Source of the DNA: an uncultured virus (IMG/VR IMGVR_UViG_3300017763_003721)
Lineage: Duplodnaviria; Heunggongvirae; Uroviricota; Caudoviricetes
Reading direction: 5' to 3' (one strand)
DNA: 64,000 bases
IMG/VR virus record: IMGVR_UViG_3300017763_003721
A program made the translations under genes and the position numbers. Below the pieces are notes generated by a model, which saw nothing but the letters and a program-made list of their open reading frames with translations, ran no database searches and was not told where the DNA came from. Position 1 is the stretch's first letter. Every line of letters begins with the position of its first letter. Shown piece after piece: positions 1 to 9,351 of the stretch.

Positions 1-627
1 AAAGTTACATACACCGTGACTAAGAAAAGCGAGCTTGGGCAACGCATAGCGGCCTCACAAGTTGGTGTCGTAGCACATACTACATATGAAACTTTTGGGA
101 GTAAAGATAGCACACCTATTAAAGATGTAAGTATTTTTAATAATAGAGATGTTGTTGTGCTAGGACAAACATATGTAACACATCAACCCAAGGTTGATAC
201 AAAACAAACAGATGCTATACGTAAAAAAGCAAATGCAAGTGCAAAAGTAATTGATCAGTTTCTTGCACCACAAAAAGGTCTAAGTGATATGAAGAATATC
301 ATTTATACATATGTCAATCATATGACACGCACACAACAGCTAAAAAATATAGAATCAGGATTCTTTGAATGGCTAAGTACTAGTAAGGTAAGTGCAAACA
401 AGCAAGCAAAAATTAAAGGTATGCATGATGCTTCACCAAAAGCATTAGCAAGTATATTTGGACTTATCAAAACAATAATGACTGTAAAGGACAATATCAT
501 AGATCAATTAGATTCCGCAGATGCAGACGTTAAGGCAACTACAGCAGGCGAAAAAGGCGGCGAAGGTTATGTCGCACAAAAATCAAAAGTAAAACTTGTA
601 CCTCGTACAAGATGGCAACCAAACTAA
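1..627 (+). CDS. Conserved T4-like phage hypothetical protein, C-terminal part (DUF6267-like); 5'-truncated by the window
   Basis: Frame is open back to base 1; C-terminal GGEGYV...KLVPR motif resembles a conserved myophage family. Confidence 0.5.
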   Translation, partial: KVTYTVTKKSELGQRIAASQVGVVAHTTYETFGSKDSTPIKDVSIFNNRDVVVLGQTYVTHQPKVDTKQTDAIRKKANASAKVIDQFLAPQKGLSDMKNIIYTYVNHMTRTQQLKNIESGFFEWLSTSKVSANKQAKIKGMHDASPKALASIFGLIKTIMTVKDNIIDQLDSADADVKATTAGEKGGEGYVAQKSKVKLVPRTRWQPN

Positions 628-637
628 GGAGTTAGAA

Positions 638-1102
638 ATGAAAGTACATGAAATTACAGAAGGTTACTACGATGCATCACCTTTTGCCCAAAAGATGGCA
701 AGGTTTGGTCGTACACTTCAACAACTAGGACAAGGCACAGGAGAGCCGGGAAGCCTAGCTAAAATGTCAGACGAAGAACTAGGCATGATGAATAAAATGG
801 GATCACTTGGGTCAGCACTAACTACTGTTGGTAACACCTTTGGAATCAAAGATCCATCAGAAGGCAGCGGCGATCCAAAGCAAAAGCTTGCTAAATTTTT
901 TAAAGATTTAGAATCTGCTTGTGGTTGTGACAAGCCAACTATTATGAAACTGCTTAAAAAAGCAGAAGAAAATGCTAGTATGAAAACTGATGTTGGTGTT
1001 AAAGACCCTGAGCCACAAGATGAGCCAGATGACGAACCAGAAGATAAAGCACCAAGTGATGACGAAATTGATCGCGACGCAAAAGACTTTGCAAGAGGCT
1101 AA
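638..1102 (+). CDS. Hypothetical protein with acidic C-terminus, possible head-internal protein
   Basis: AGGAG RBS before ATG 638; N-terminus MKVHEITEG. Confidence 0.6.
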   Translation: MKVHEITEGYYDASPFAQKMARFGRTLQQLGQGTGEPGSLAKMSDEELGMMNKMGSLGSALTTVGNTFGIKDPSEGSGDPKQKLAKFFKDLESACGCDKPTIMKLLKKAEENASMKTDVGVKDPEPQDEPDDEPEDKAPSDDEIDRDAKDFARG

Positions 1103-1108
1103 TATTTA

Positions 1109-2047
1109 ATGACTGATCGGTACACAGCAACTGAATGGGCAGCAATAGAAGGAGGCCATACTATGGATACTTCTAAAGAAGAAGCATTCTCATTCATTAA
1201 GGACTTGCACGAAGCACGTATGACAAAAGATAATGGAAGTTCAAAAAAGCTAACATTCTCAGATTGTTGTGAGAGATTGTACCTAACACTATTAATATTA
1301 GAAACTATGCGTAAGTATCCCGATTTTAAAAACATAGTGCAAAAATACGCTAAAAAGACTGTGGGCTTTGAAACTTATAGATATTATAGAATCATGGGTA
1401 CAGATCTTTATAACTTTATATATTTTATAGTAGGAGGTGATTCTGCACAAAATAAGTTAAAAGATCCTAAGTCAGCTAAAGAAATGAAAAGAAACTCACG
1501 TATTCCTGTACTTGATATTAATAGATATATTCGAGCATTAGCTAACGGTAGTGAAGTTAATCCTAGTTCTTTGTTTATTAAACTCGAATCTGCTTTGAGA
1601 ATTACTAACTCCGATTACAAAGCAGTTCGTAGAAGTATACTGAACTGGGATAAACAAACTAGATCAGATAAGCGTTTAGTTGCTACACGGTTAATATTTG
1701 CGACAAGGGCAAAGCTTAGAAGCTCAGACTTAATTGATGACTTTGAAAAGTGGGCTGCAATTAAAAACATGGAGAAAGCTAGTGTCACTGATCCAGAGCC
1801 TACAGTATCAAAACCAGACCTAGCTGGCTCACAACAAAATCTAGCATTGTATAGATATCTAGTTGGATCTAAGAATCTAGCACTAACTAAACGTTTCCTA
1901 CAGCAAGCGAGCAATGGACAAGCGGCTAGTAGTGGTATGGTGCAAGCATATATGCCTGCAATAGAAATGCTTGATGATATAGTGCAAGCAGGACCGGCAT
2001 ACGTAAATAACCTACGTGCATTACATAAACGAGCCAAAAAGAGCTAA
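1109..2047 (+). CDS. Hypothetical phage protein
   Basis: 312-aa ORF in operon context. Confidence 0.7.
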   Translation: MTDRYTATEWAAIEGGHTMDTSKEEAFSFIKDLHEARMTKDNGSSKKLTFSDCCERLYLTLLILETMRKYPDFKNIVQKYAKKTVGFETYRYYRIMGTDLYNFIYFIVGGDSAQNKLKDPKSAKEMKRNSRIPVLDINRYIRALANGSEVNPSSLFIKLESALRITNSDYKAVRRSILNWDKQTRSDKRLVATRLIFATRAKLRSSDLIDDFEKWAAIKNMEKASVTDPEPTVSKPDLAGSQQNLALYRYLVGSKNLALTKRFLQQASNGQAASSGMVQAYMPAIEMLDDIVQAGPAYVNNLRALHKRAKKS

Positions 2048-2140
2048 AACACCCCATATTTTCCCTAATAGATGATAAATAAAAGTATACAAAGAAGAAG
2101 AGGTCTTCTTTAGTCATTAGAGAATATAGGAGAATATAAA

Positions 2141-2470
2141 ATGGCAGCAGTAACAAGAGTAAACGGATTAGGTCATGCACACGCAACGATCTATTCAACA
2201 GCAAACTTAGGTTTCGCAGTTGTAGCATGTGGTGCTTCAGTAGCAGCTAAAGGTGGAATTGGTTCCACTATTGAAGCTATTGCACAGCAACTACAGCCAA
2301 TTGCAATCAACAGTGAAGGCACAGCTGGTTTGATTAACATCGTATATGATGCTTCACAAACTAACGCAGCTGGTCTACAAGTTGGCTTACAAGCACTAGG
2401 TACAGTTGATTCAATCGACCTATCATCCGCAACAGTAACTGAAGGCGGACAGTTTATCGTAAGTGCATAA
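2141..2470 (+). CDS. Small Ala/Gly/Thr-rich putative virion structural (decoration-like) protein
   Basis: Own ATAAATA late-type promoter near 2075, AGGAG RBS, followed by a terminator; composition typical of structural proteins. Confidence 0.5.
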   Translation: MAAVTRVNGLGHAHATIYSTANLGFAVVACGASVAAKGGIGSTIEAIAQQLQPIAINSEGTAGLINIVYDASQTNAAGLQVGLQALGTVDSIDLSSATVTEGGQFIVSA

Positions 2471-2507
2471 TTTACGTAACTAAAAATAAAATCTACCTTA
2501 GGATTTT

Positions 2508-2538
2508 GAGAGCTCACATTTATGTGGGCTCTTTTTTT
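2508..2538 (+). terminator. Rho-independent terminator
   Basis: GAGAGCTCACAT-TT-ATGTGGGCTCT stem followed by a T run. Confidence 0.8.
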
Positions 2539-2555
2539 ATGTCTGTAAATACTGT

Positions 2556-2954
2556 ATGGACAAGTTTAGACTTACTACACTAGTAGACATTACTGAAACA
2601 GGAGCAAGGCGTGGAGAAGATCCTCTTGCATACAGACAACAGCAAAACTTTCTCACAGTGCTACAGACGATAGGTTTGAGAACAAATATTGAATATACTA
2701 GTGGTCCAACATGTATTACAGCAGTTCCTAAGGAAAAAAGTTTAGGAAGTGACTACAAAGGACAACAAACTATATGGCAGTTTGAGTTTACATCTCCAGC
2801 ACCAGATTCATTAACGCTAGACATGTTAAACAATGATTTTAATTTAATTCCTATAATTACTGAGTTAGCTGAAACAGTAAAATTTAAAAATTCAGTTTTT
2901 ATCACACAAAAACCTAAAATAAGCAATACCAATTTTGAATTATTAGATAAATAA
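2556..2954 (+). CDS. Hypothetical phage protein, probably leaderless
   Basis: 132-aa ORF; TAAATA 4 nt before the ATG, no RBS. Confidence 0.65.
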   Translation: MDKFRLTTLVDITETGARRGEDPLAYRQQQNFLTVLQTIGLRTNIEYTSGPTCITAVPKEKSLGSDYKGQQTIWQFEFTSPAPDSLTLDMLNNDFNLIPIITELAETVKFKNSVFITQKPKISNTNFELLDK

Positions 2955-3057
2955 TATTGTAGCACAAAAACTACCAGGCATCTAAAGACACAATTAAGGC
3001 CCAACTAAGAGTTTACTTAATCAAGCTTACTGAGCGTAAGCACTACGGAGTTTAAAG

Positions 3058-3291
3058 ATGGCTGGTGCCACAGAATTAGAAAAAGAAAACCTTGAAGCAC
3101 ACGTTGATCTATGTCAACAACGCTACGAAGCTTTAGAGGGCAGACTAACCAAAATCGAATCAAAAGTAGACAGCATACATAAAGATGTTGTTGAAGGCCA
3201 AAAAAGTATGACTAAAGTCATTATTGGCGCTGCAGGCACAATTACAGCCGGCCTGCTATCTACCATCATAGTTCTAGTAATGAACCTATAA
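3058..3291 (+). CDS. Coiled-coil protein with C-terminal TM helix (holin/XhlA-like)
   Basis: Heptad N-terminal region, hydrophobic C-terminus VIIGAAGTITAGLLSTIIVLVM. Confidence 0.5.
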   Translation: MAGATELEKENLEAHVDLCQQRYEALEGRLTKIESKVDSIHKDVVEGQKSMTKVIIGAAGTITAGLLSTIIVLVMNL

Positions 3292-3309
3292 ATTACGCTA
3301 AATAACTAT

Positions 3310-3726
3310 ATGTTATTACGCGAGCTATACATACCACCTAAAGACGCAGTTGAAATAGAAAATCCTAAAACAGGGTTCTCTTACAAAGTTGACAAGAAAA
3401 AAGCTGTGGCTTTAGTTAAAAAAGGTTGGAAGATAGTTCAAGTTCATCATGAGGAAGATGACTTAGACGAAGGTCCTACTTGGGCTAGATCTGGTAAGAA
3501 AGTTGTACGTAAGTATAGATGTTCAGCTGGTCCACGCAAAAATAGAATTGTGTCTAAGTTACAACAATGCTTTGCTGCACCAAATGTAAAAAAGCGTATT
3601 GCATTAAAAAGGGTTAAAGCTAGATTAGGTTCTAGAATTGCTAGGAAAGCAAAAAGGACAAAACGTATTAATCCTGCATCAATTAGAGTACAGCGTCTGA
3701 ATAAAGCAACAAGTAGAAGGCGATAA
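3310..3726 (+). CDS. Highly basic hypothetical protein (paralogue of 3728-4042)
   Basis: GKKVVRKYRCSAGPRKNRIV motif; Lys/Arg-rich. Confidence 0.65.
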   Translation: MLLRELYIPPKDAVEIENPKTGFSYKVDKKKAVALVKKGWKIVQVHHEEDDLDEGPTWARSGKKVVRKYRCSAGPRKNRIVSKLQQCFAAPNVKKRIALKRVKARLGSRIARKAKRTKRINPASIRVQRLNKATSRRR

Positions 3727-3727
3727 T

Positions 3728-4042
3728 ATGTTTGTACGTGAGATAATAGAAGGTGCAACACCTATATTTGGTAAGACAGGTAACAAAGTCGTACGCAAGT
3801 ATAGATGTACTAGTGGCTCACGTAAGGGACGTATTGTTGCTAAACCAGGAACATGTACAGCACCTAAAAATGTAAAAGCAATGACTACAATGAAAAAGAC
3901 TAGGCGTAGCAAAGGTGCAACAGTTAGTATAAAATCTAATAGAACAAAACGTACTAGCCCAGCTAGTCAAAAGCTTAAAAGGTTAAATGTTGGTTCACGT
4001 AGAACACTTCGACCTAGAAAGAGAAGGGGAAGCAAACGATGA
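3728..4042 (+). CDS. Highly basic hypothetical protein (paralogue of 3310-3726)
   Basis: GNKVVRKYRCTSGSRKGRIV motif. Confidence 0.65.
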   Translation: MFVREIIEGATPIFGKTGNKVVRKYRCTSGSRKGRIVAKPGTCTAPKNVKAMTTMKKTRRSKGATVSIKSNRTKRTSPASQKLKRLNVGSRRTLRPRKRRGSKR

Positions 4043-4266
4043 AGATAATGGAACTTGTAGGCACTCCTGCAGATCAGCAAGGTAGAGCTGACGCTCTACC
4101 CGGTGTTAGTAATATGGATCAAGCAAAACAGCAAATGGGTACAGAAGAAAATCCAGCAGTTGCAGCGAAGCAAAAGCAAGAACAAAAGAAAGTAATACAA
4201 GATCAAATTCGTGCTACCCGCGAACAGCTTAAACAACTACAGACACAACTAGCGGCAATAAAATGA
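4039..4266 (+). CDS. Gln-rich coiled-coil hypothetical protein
   Basis: ATGA overlaps with both neighbours. Confidence 0.6.
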   Translation: MKIMELVGTPADQQGRADALPGVSNMDQAKQQMGTEENPAVAAKQKQEQKKVIQDQIRATREQLKQLQTQLAAIK

Positions 4267-4472
4267 AGTTAAACGAACTCATTAAAAGCTTCGAAGTATT
4301 CTTGACCAATGAAGAAGAAGAATTATTAGAAACTTTGGGCAATCAAACAAAGCCGCTGTCATCATTCACAGAACATGATCAAGTCATAATTAACAACTTA
4401 ATACGTAAAAGTGTGGTAAGTAAAATAATGCTCGACAAACGCTCTGTAATGGTGACAAAAAATGATTTCTGA
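4263..4472 (+). CDS. Hypothetical protein
   Basis: Coupled ORF starting MKLNELI. Confidence 0.6.
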   Translation: MKLNELIKSFEVFLTNEEEELLETLGNQTKPLSSFTEHDQVIINNLIRKSVVSKIMLDKRSVMVTKNDF

Positions 4473-4890
4473 CAATCTGATATATGACCTTGAAGATATT
4501 GTTGATAAAGGACTAGAAGATACTACAATACCAATTGCCAAAGGTAATAGTGTTCGTATTAAACAATATGTAGTAAGGAAGAGTAAAGTAGGCTATCTTG
4601 TTTATGACAGTTCTTGTAATAAACAGCTACATAAAACACAATTTAAGTCAATAGCTATTGCAATAGCTAAGAATCTTGCTGAAAATAAGAGTCATATGTT
4701 CGATAAGATAATAGATATAGAAAATAATTTAGCAAAACACTATAATGATGCAGTATTTTATAAGCATATGATAAGAAAAAGTAAATGTGACCAAGCAAGA
4801 CAGACTAGAGAAACAAGATTAGAAATTTCTCTAGTAGAAGCACAAAAAGTACGAGACAGTTTAGACAGATTAATTTTGTCTAAAGTATAA
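4462..4890 (+). CDS. Hypothetical protein
   Basis: 142-aa ORF overlapping the upstream gene. Confidence 0.6.
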   Translation: MISDNLIYDLEDIVDKGLEDTTIPIAKGNSVRIKQYVVRKSKVGYLVYDSSCNKQLHKTQFKSIAIAIAKNLAENKSHMFDKIIDIENNLAKHYNDAVFYKHMIRKSKCDQARQTRETRLEISLVEAQKVRDSLDRLILSKV

Positions 4891-4923
4891 ATACATATAT
4901 AAAAAAGTTCAAGGAACGTTGCA

Positions 4924-5688
4924 ATGAATATTAGAGAATTTACAAGACCAGCCAGTGCTAAAAAGTTAAATGAAAGTTTAGCTAAAAAGTTTGGTTCTAA
5001 AATTGATATTGATCAGTTTACTACTGAGCAGTTACAAGATGCTAGAAACAAGCTTAGAACCTCATTAAGTCAAGTGGAAACAAATGAAGCATTTGATTCT
5101 GTACAAGACAAAACATATCAGAAGAGTAAGTTATTCCTTGACGTACTTAACACAGCAATCGAAGAACGCAACGACACGATTGTAGATGCTATTGACGAAG
5201 CAGTACAGCAAGTTAATGAAGGCGAAGAAGATAAAGCAGAACTAGTAATGGCAGCTAAAGATATGGTTGACAGACTAACTGGATGGATGGAAGATACAGC
5301 AGAAATGCAAACCGAATCTATGTTAGAGCTAGCAGATGCAATCCGTGATGAAATGGGTAGTGAAGCAAGTGAAGCATTTACTAGTCTTGTAAAGCCAGCA
5401 CTTGAATCAATGTATGGTGTAATGGAAACAACACGTGGTACACTAACACAGGGTGTAGGACAGCTTACTGGTGAAGCTGAGCCTATGGATACTATGGGTG
5501 CAGATGATATGGACCCGGATGCAGATCCAGACATGGAACCAGTTGACGACGAAATGGACGATGCATTAGATACTGTTGGTACCGATGATGACGACTTTGG
5601 TGCATCTGATGCAGAAGCAGGTGGCGAAGACCTAGGCGGCAGAGAAAAGCGTGAGTCTGTAGAGCGTCCAAAAAAAAAGCTAAAATAG
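4924..5688 (+). CDS. Acidic helical protein, prohead core/scaffold-like
   Basis: TATAAATA at 4886; very acidic and helical with several [ILV]-x-E motifs; ends just after an A9-G slippery run. Confidence 0.5.
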   Translation: MNIREFTRPASAKKLNESLAKKFGSKIDIDQFTTEQLQDARNKLRTSLSQVETNEAFDSVQDKTYQKSKLFLDVLNTAIEERNDTIVDAIDEAVQQVNEGEEDKAELVMAAKDMVDRLTGWMEDTAEMQTESMLELADAIRDEMGSEASEAFTSLVKPALESMYGVMETTRGTLTQGVGQLTGEAEPMDTMGADDMDPDADPDMEPVDDEMDDALDTVGTDDDDFGASDAEAGGEDLGGREKRESVERPKKKLK

Positions 5689-6008
5689 AAGAAAATGTAG
5701 ACAGTACGTCTATATTCCAAATCCTAGATCATTTAAAACAATCTGATAGAACTGTAATTAGCATAAAGAAACTTGACAAGTTTATGCAGAATACAGGACG
5801 TAATCAGTTTTCATATGATGTATTCAAAGCTGCATATGACAGCGATCCCAAAATCCAAAAAATTGTTAAAAACTTTGACAAAGACAAAATAGAACTTAAA
5901 ACTTCTGAAGTTGACGATGTTGAAGACTTGCCAGGAAATCCAGGACGTCCCGGAGATGAAGTTTCCAAAATGGCGAAAAATGCAACTGACGTTGGTAAAG
6001 ATCTCTAA
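5670..6008 (+). CDS. Open -1 frame; probable frameshift extension of 4924-5688 (first in-frame ATG only at 5784)
   Basis: Frame open from 5655 to 6008; no ATG/GTG/TTG before 5784. Confidence 0.5.
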   Translation, partial: KKKAKIEENVDSTSIFQILDHLKQSDRTVISIKKLDKFMQNTGRNQFSYDVFKAAYDSDPKIQKIVKNFDKDKIELKTSEVDDVEDLPGNPGRPGDEVSKMAKNATDVGKDL

Positions 6009-6015
6009 ATAATAC

Positions 6016-6044
6016 TTGACAAATTGATACTTTGATGCTATAAT
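6016..6044 (+). promoter_or_regulatory. Sigma70-type promoter
   Basis: TTGACA-N17-TATAAT with TG extended -10. Confidence 0.85.
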
Positions 6045-6055
6045 ATAAGTTATAC

Positions 6056-6409
6056 ATGGGAAAAGTAATGGATAATAAAGAGCAATATGACAGAATTGTT
6101 ACTAATATAAAACAAACCCTAGAAAATTACGTTGCACCAGCAGTAGCTGGACATGGCGGTGTAGTAAACTTTGTAGACTTTCAAGAAGGAACATTAACAC
6201 TTGAAATGAGCGGAGCATGTTCTGGATGTGCAATGTCCGCAATGACCCTCCAACAAGGCATAGAAGGTATTATGATATCTATGGTTCCAGAAGTTAAAAC
6301 TATTGTAGGAGTTGACGATCCGAATTCAAGTGTTGATCCATTTATGCGTCATAACTATGACTATAACCCAGATGATTACTGGGACGATGACGTAATAGCC
6401 AAAGATTAA
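6056..6409 (+). CDS. nfuA: NifU/NfuA-type Fe-S cluster carrier
   Basis: VAPAVAGHGG...GACSGC...TLQQGIE Nfu domain. Confidence 0.85.
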   Translation: MGKVMDNKEQYDRIVTNIKQTLENYVAPAVAGHGGVVNFVDFQEGTLTLEMSGACSGCAMSAMTLQQGIEGIMISMVPEVKTIVGVDDPNSSVDPFMRHNYDYNPDDYWDDDVIAKD

Positions 6410-6420
6410 AAAGAGAACTT

Positions 6421-7101
6421 ATGAGCCTTATCACTGAGAAGTACAAGTACGAACGATTACAAAGAGTTGAAGTAGACGGAAAGCGTAGGTATGCAGCTCC
6501 AGGTCACCCTCCAGTAGCAAGTGTAACAACTATCCTTAGCGGCACCAAAGATATGTCGCACCTTATTGCATGGAAAAAGCGAGTAGGTGAAAAGAAAGCA
6601 CAAGAGATTGTAACTGAAGCGTCTGGCGTAGGTACTAGAATGCACAAGTATCTAGAGGACTACATAGAGTTTGGCGAATGGCCGACAGCAGGTAGCAATC
6701 CATATGCACAGCAAGCACATATGATGGCAACAAAAGTGCGTGATAATGCAATGGTTGATGTAGATGAAATATGGGGCAGTGAAGTCCCTCTATATGTTCC
6801 TGGCATTTATGCTGGTACAACTGACTTAGTAGGTCAGTACAAAGGTAATCCTTGCATAATGGACTTTAAACAAACCAACAAGCCTAAAAAACTAGAATGG
6901 GTTGAAGATTATTTCTTACAACTTACAGCATATGCAATAGGTCATAATGAAGTGCATGGTACTGATATACGTCAAGGACATATTTTTATGTGTAGTCGTG
7001 CTGGTGAGTATCAGCAGTTTGACTTATGGCCGGATGAGTTTGATGACTGGTCTCAAGAATGGTGGAAACGGTGTGAGCAGTATTACGAGAAGCATGGATG
7101 A
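6421..7101 (+). CDS. PD-(D/E)XK exonuclease (T4-like phage exonuclease, Cas4-related fold)
   Basis: SVTTIL, GTRMH, AGTTDL, IMDFKQ, QLTAYA motifs. Confidence 0.8.
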   Translation: MSLITEKYKYERLQRVEVDGKRRYAAPGHPPVASVTTILSGTKDMSHLIAWKKRVGEKKAQEIVTEASGVGTRMHKYLEDYIEFGEWPTAGSNPYAQQAHMMATKVRDNAMVDVDEIWGSEVPLYVPGIYAGTTDLVGQYKGNPCIMDFKQTNKPKKLEWVEDYFLQLTAYAIGHNEVHGTDIRQGHIFMCSRAGEYQQFDLWPDEFDDWSQEWWKRCEQYYEKHG

Positions 7102-7652
7102 TTAGATTATTAAGTATAATTCTTTGCTTACTTTCCACCCAAGTTTATGCAACTACTAATGAAACTTCTTTATGGGTAAAAAATATTGGACAAAATGCAG
7201 TATCAATTGATAAAGAAGCTCCATTGCAAGAAATTTTTGTTAACAATTTAGATATTAAAAGAATATCATTGTTTGTTTTAGGACCATACAGGAGAAGCTT
7301 AGATAGCAATAATTCTGAACAATACTTACAGTCTATAGAAAAATTTATTTCAGTAGTTTATGCAAAAAGACTTTTGTCATATCCTTCCGGTGAAATACAA
7401 ATTATAAAAAATGAGGATAAAGGAAAGAGAGGAACTATAGTTTATTCCTTAGTACAATTTGAAGATAGGCCTAAACCTATATCAGTAGATTGGTGGGTAA
7501 TAAAAAATAAATCTAATGTGAATAAAGTTTTCGATATAAGAGTATCTGGTATTTGGATGGCACAAGAACAAAGATCAACATTTACAAGTTTTTTAAGTAA
7601 AAACAACGGCGATATAAATCAACTTATACAACGATTAAATTCAAGTAAATAA
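7098..7652 (+). CDS. mlaC: MlaC/Ttg2D-family periplasmic phospholipid-binding protein
   Basis: Signal peptide; FVLGPY, KVFDIRVSGIWMAQEQRSTF...NNGDINQLI typical of the MlaC C-terminus. Confidence 0.7.
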   Translation: MIRLLSIILCLLSTQVYATTNETSLWVKNIGQNAVSIDKEAPLQEIFVNNLDIKRISLFVLGPYRRSLDSNNSEQYLQSIEKFISVVYAKRLLSYPSGEIQIIKNEDKGKRGTIVYSLVQFEDRPKPISVDWWVIKNKSNVNKVFDIRVSGIWMAQEQRSTFTSFLSKNNGDINQLIQRLNSSK

Positions 7653-7714
7653 TAGAAAATACAGCAGATTTACGGTGGTATCATGTGCTGACATAAGCAA
7701 GTAAGGAGTCTGCT

Positions 7715-9313
7715 ATGTTTTTTGATATCTGTAACACCCTTTTCCTCTACGGAATTTTATCAACTTGGTGCGGTACTGAAATACCAACACATCCAGAACA
7801 AGGCACTGTCCTTAGTACATCGTGTTCTGGCACTATTCTAATAGAAAAAATTGCTGACGGTAACGGCGGCGCCATAGAAAGTTTAACTGGTAACTCAGAA
7901 CAGTGTGGTTATACACCTCCTGTTACAGCAGTGGGTACATTAATACGCGAAGGTTGTTCACAAGGCTATCCTGGTGTAAAATGGTTTCTGTATGCTGATG
8001 GTGAAGGCGGAACCTATTCTGAAAAGGATAATCAGTCAGTTGAGTGTGGTTGGGAACCACCCACTCTTGTACTAGAGCTCGAAAAAGCAGAAGGTGATAG
8101 ATTTAAACCAGCTGTTATAAATGTTATCTACACAGACTTCTTAGGACGAGAAGAGAATTGGGGGATAGTTCATGCTTCAACGACACTAGGACACATAGAA
8201 CGTCGAGGTAACGATATACTTGTTTATGGTACAGGTGAAACAGGAGAAGGTATTGTTACACTCGGACGTCAAGAGATACAATTTACAATTGTTGAAGAAC
8301 CTAGATGTGGTAAAGCCAGCACTGGCTATGCACCAGATTGTCAAGGCTATGCCTACAGTGGACCCACACAAGGATATATCTACTACGGAGATGATGACGA
8401 TCAAATTGTGGAATGGGAACTTGCATACTTTATTTACGATCGCGAAGAATCTTTAGATGAGAATTATCATAATTCTCATATCACGGAACTGTTCGAAAAA
8501 GGATCTAAGGAATGGAACAAAGTTCAAAAAACTGTAGATATCTATAACAACGCTTATGAGAGATCAGGTATACACATTCGTTATGTACTCAAGGAAGGTA
8601 ACATAGGTCGTATGCATTATCACGGTAACGCAGGTTTAAAATCTGTTATCCAAAATAATACTAACGCAGACGTTGGATTAGGAACAGGATCTACGTGTCC
8701 TAACACATGCGGGTGTGCATATGTTAACACATATTTTCAAGAAAACTCTAACAGAACTCCTGTAAGTAGATCTGTTTGCGGTGCTTATACTGATCTACAT
8801 GAAATAGGACACTCAGTAGGATTAGCACATGGTCCTGAGAATAGAGCTTATGCTCAAAGCGGATACATTTGGAGTGCGTTTGGTCATGGATGGGAATCAC
8901 TGTGCGGTAGAACTTTTCCAGACATTATGTCATATGATTCAGGTGAAAGAGGCCATCATAATTCTAGACTTACTTGTGGTGAGATGTACGGTGATCTTAT
9001 ACGGGGAAATAATCCTAAATCGTGGGCGCCTTGGGACGATCCAGCAGGATATCGTGACTATGCAGATGCCGCATATCATTTAAATCGTATAAGGTATGAC
9101 GTTAGCTTAATTAATTGTGAGGATAGTATATGTGCTGATGCCCCAAGATCTAGGCTAGCAGAGCAGGATTTTTATATAGAAGGCATAGGCGAGCCTCTAG
9201 AACTTATAGAAGATTATATCTATGACTTTGAAGACGGTGAACAACAGCAACAGAACGAATTAGAACGATTAAAAGGTTTTGATCGTTTGAGACAACAAAG
9301 ACAACTTCCTTAA
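7715..9313 (+). CDS. Secreted metzincin (reprolysin-like) zinc metalloprotease with N-terminal Cys repeats
   Basis: HEIGHSVGLAH zinc motif plus Met-turn DIMSY; two C...ADG.GG......S..CG repeats. Confidence 0.75.
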   Translation: MFFDICNTLFLYGILSTWCGTEIPTHPEQGTVLSTSCSGTILIEKIADGNGGAIESLTGNSEQCGYTPPVTAVGTLIREGCSQGYPGVKWFLYADGEGGTYSEKDNQSVECGWEPPTLVLELEKAEGDRFKPAVINVIYTDFLGREENWGIVHASTTLGHIERRGNDILVYGTGETGEGIVTLGRQEIQFTIVEEPRCGKASTGYAPDCQGYAYSGPTQGYIYYGDDDDQIVEWELAYFIYDREESLDENYHNSHITELFEKGSKEWNKVQKTVDIYNNAYERSGIHIRYVLKEGNIGRMHYHGNAGLKSVIQNNTNADVGLGTGSTCPNTCGCAYVNTYFQENSNRTPVSRSVCGAYTDLHEIGHSVGLAHGPENRAYAQSGYIWSAFGHGWESLCGRTFPDIMSYDSGERGHHNSRLTCGEMYGDLIRGNNPKSWAPWDDPAGYRDYADAAYHLNRIRYDVSLINCEDSICADAPRSRLAEQDFYIEGIGEPLELIEDYIYDFEDGEQQQQNELERLKGFDRLRQQRQLP

Positions 9314-9351
9314 TTGAATAAATACATATAATTATAATGTAGGAGACACAC

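Noticed and set aside
6421..7101. Cas4-related nuclease suggesting a CRISPR system
   Set aside because: No repeat-spacer array or other cas genes in the window; it fits the stand-alone T4-like exonuclease.
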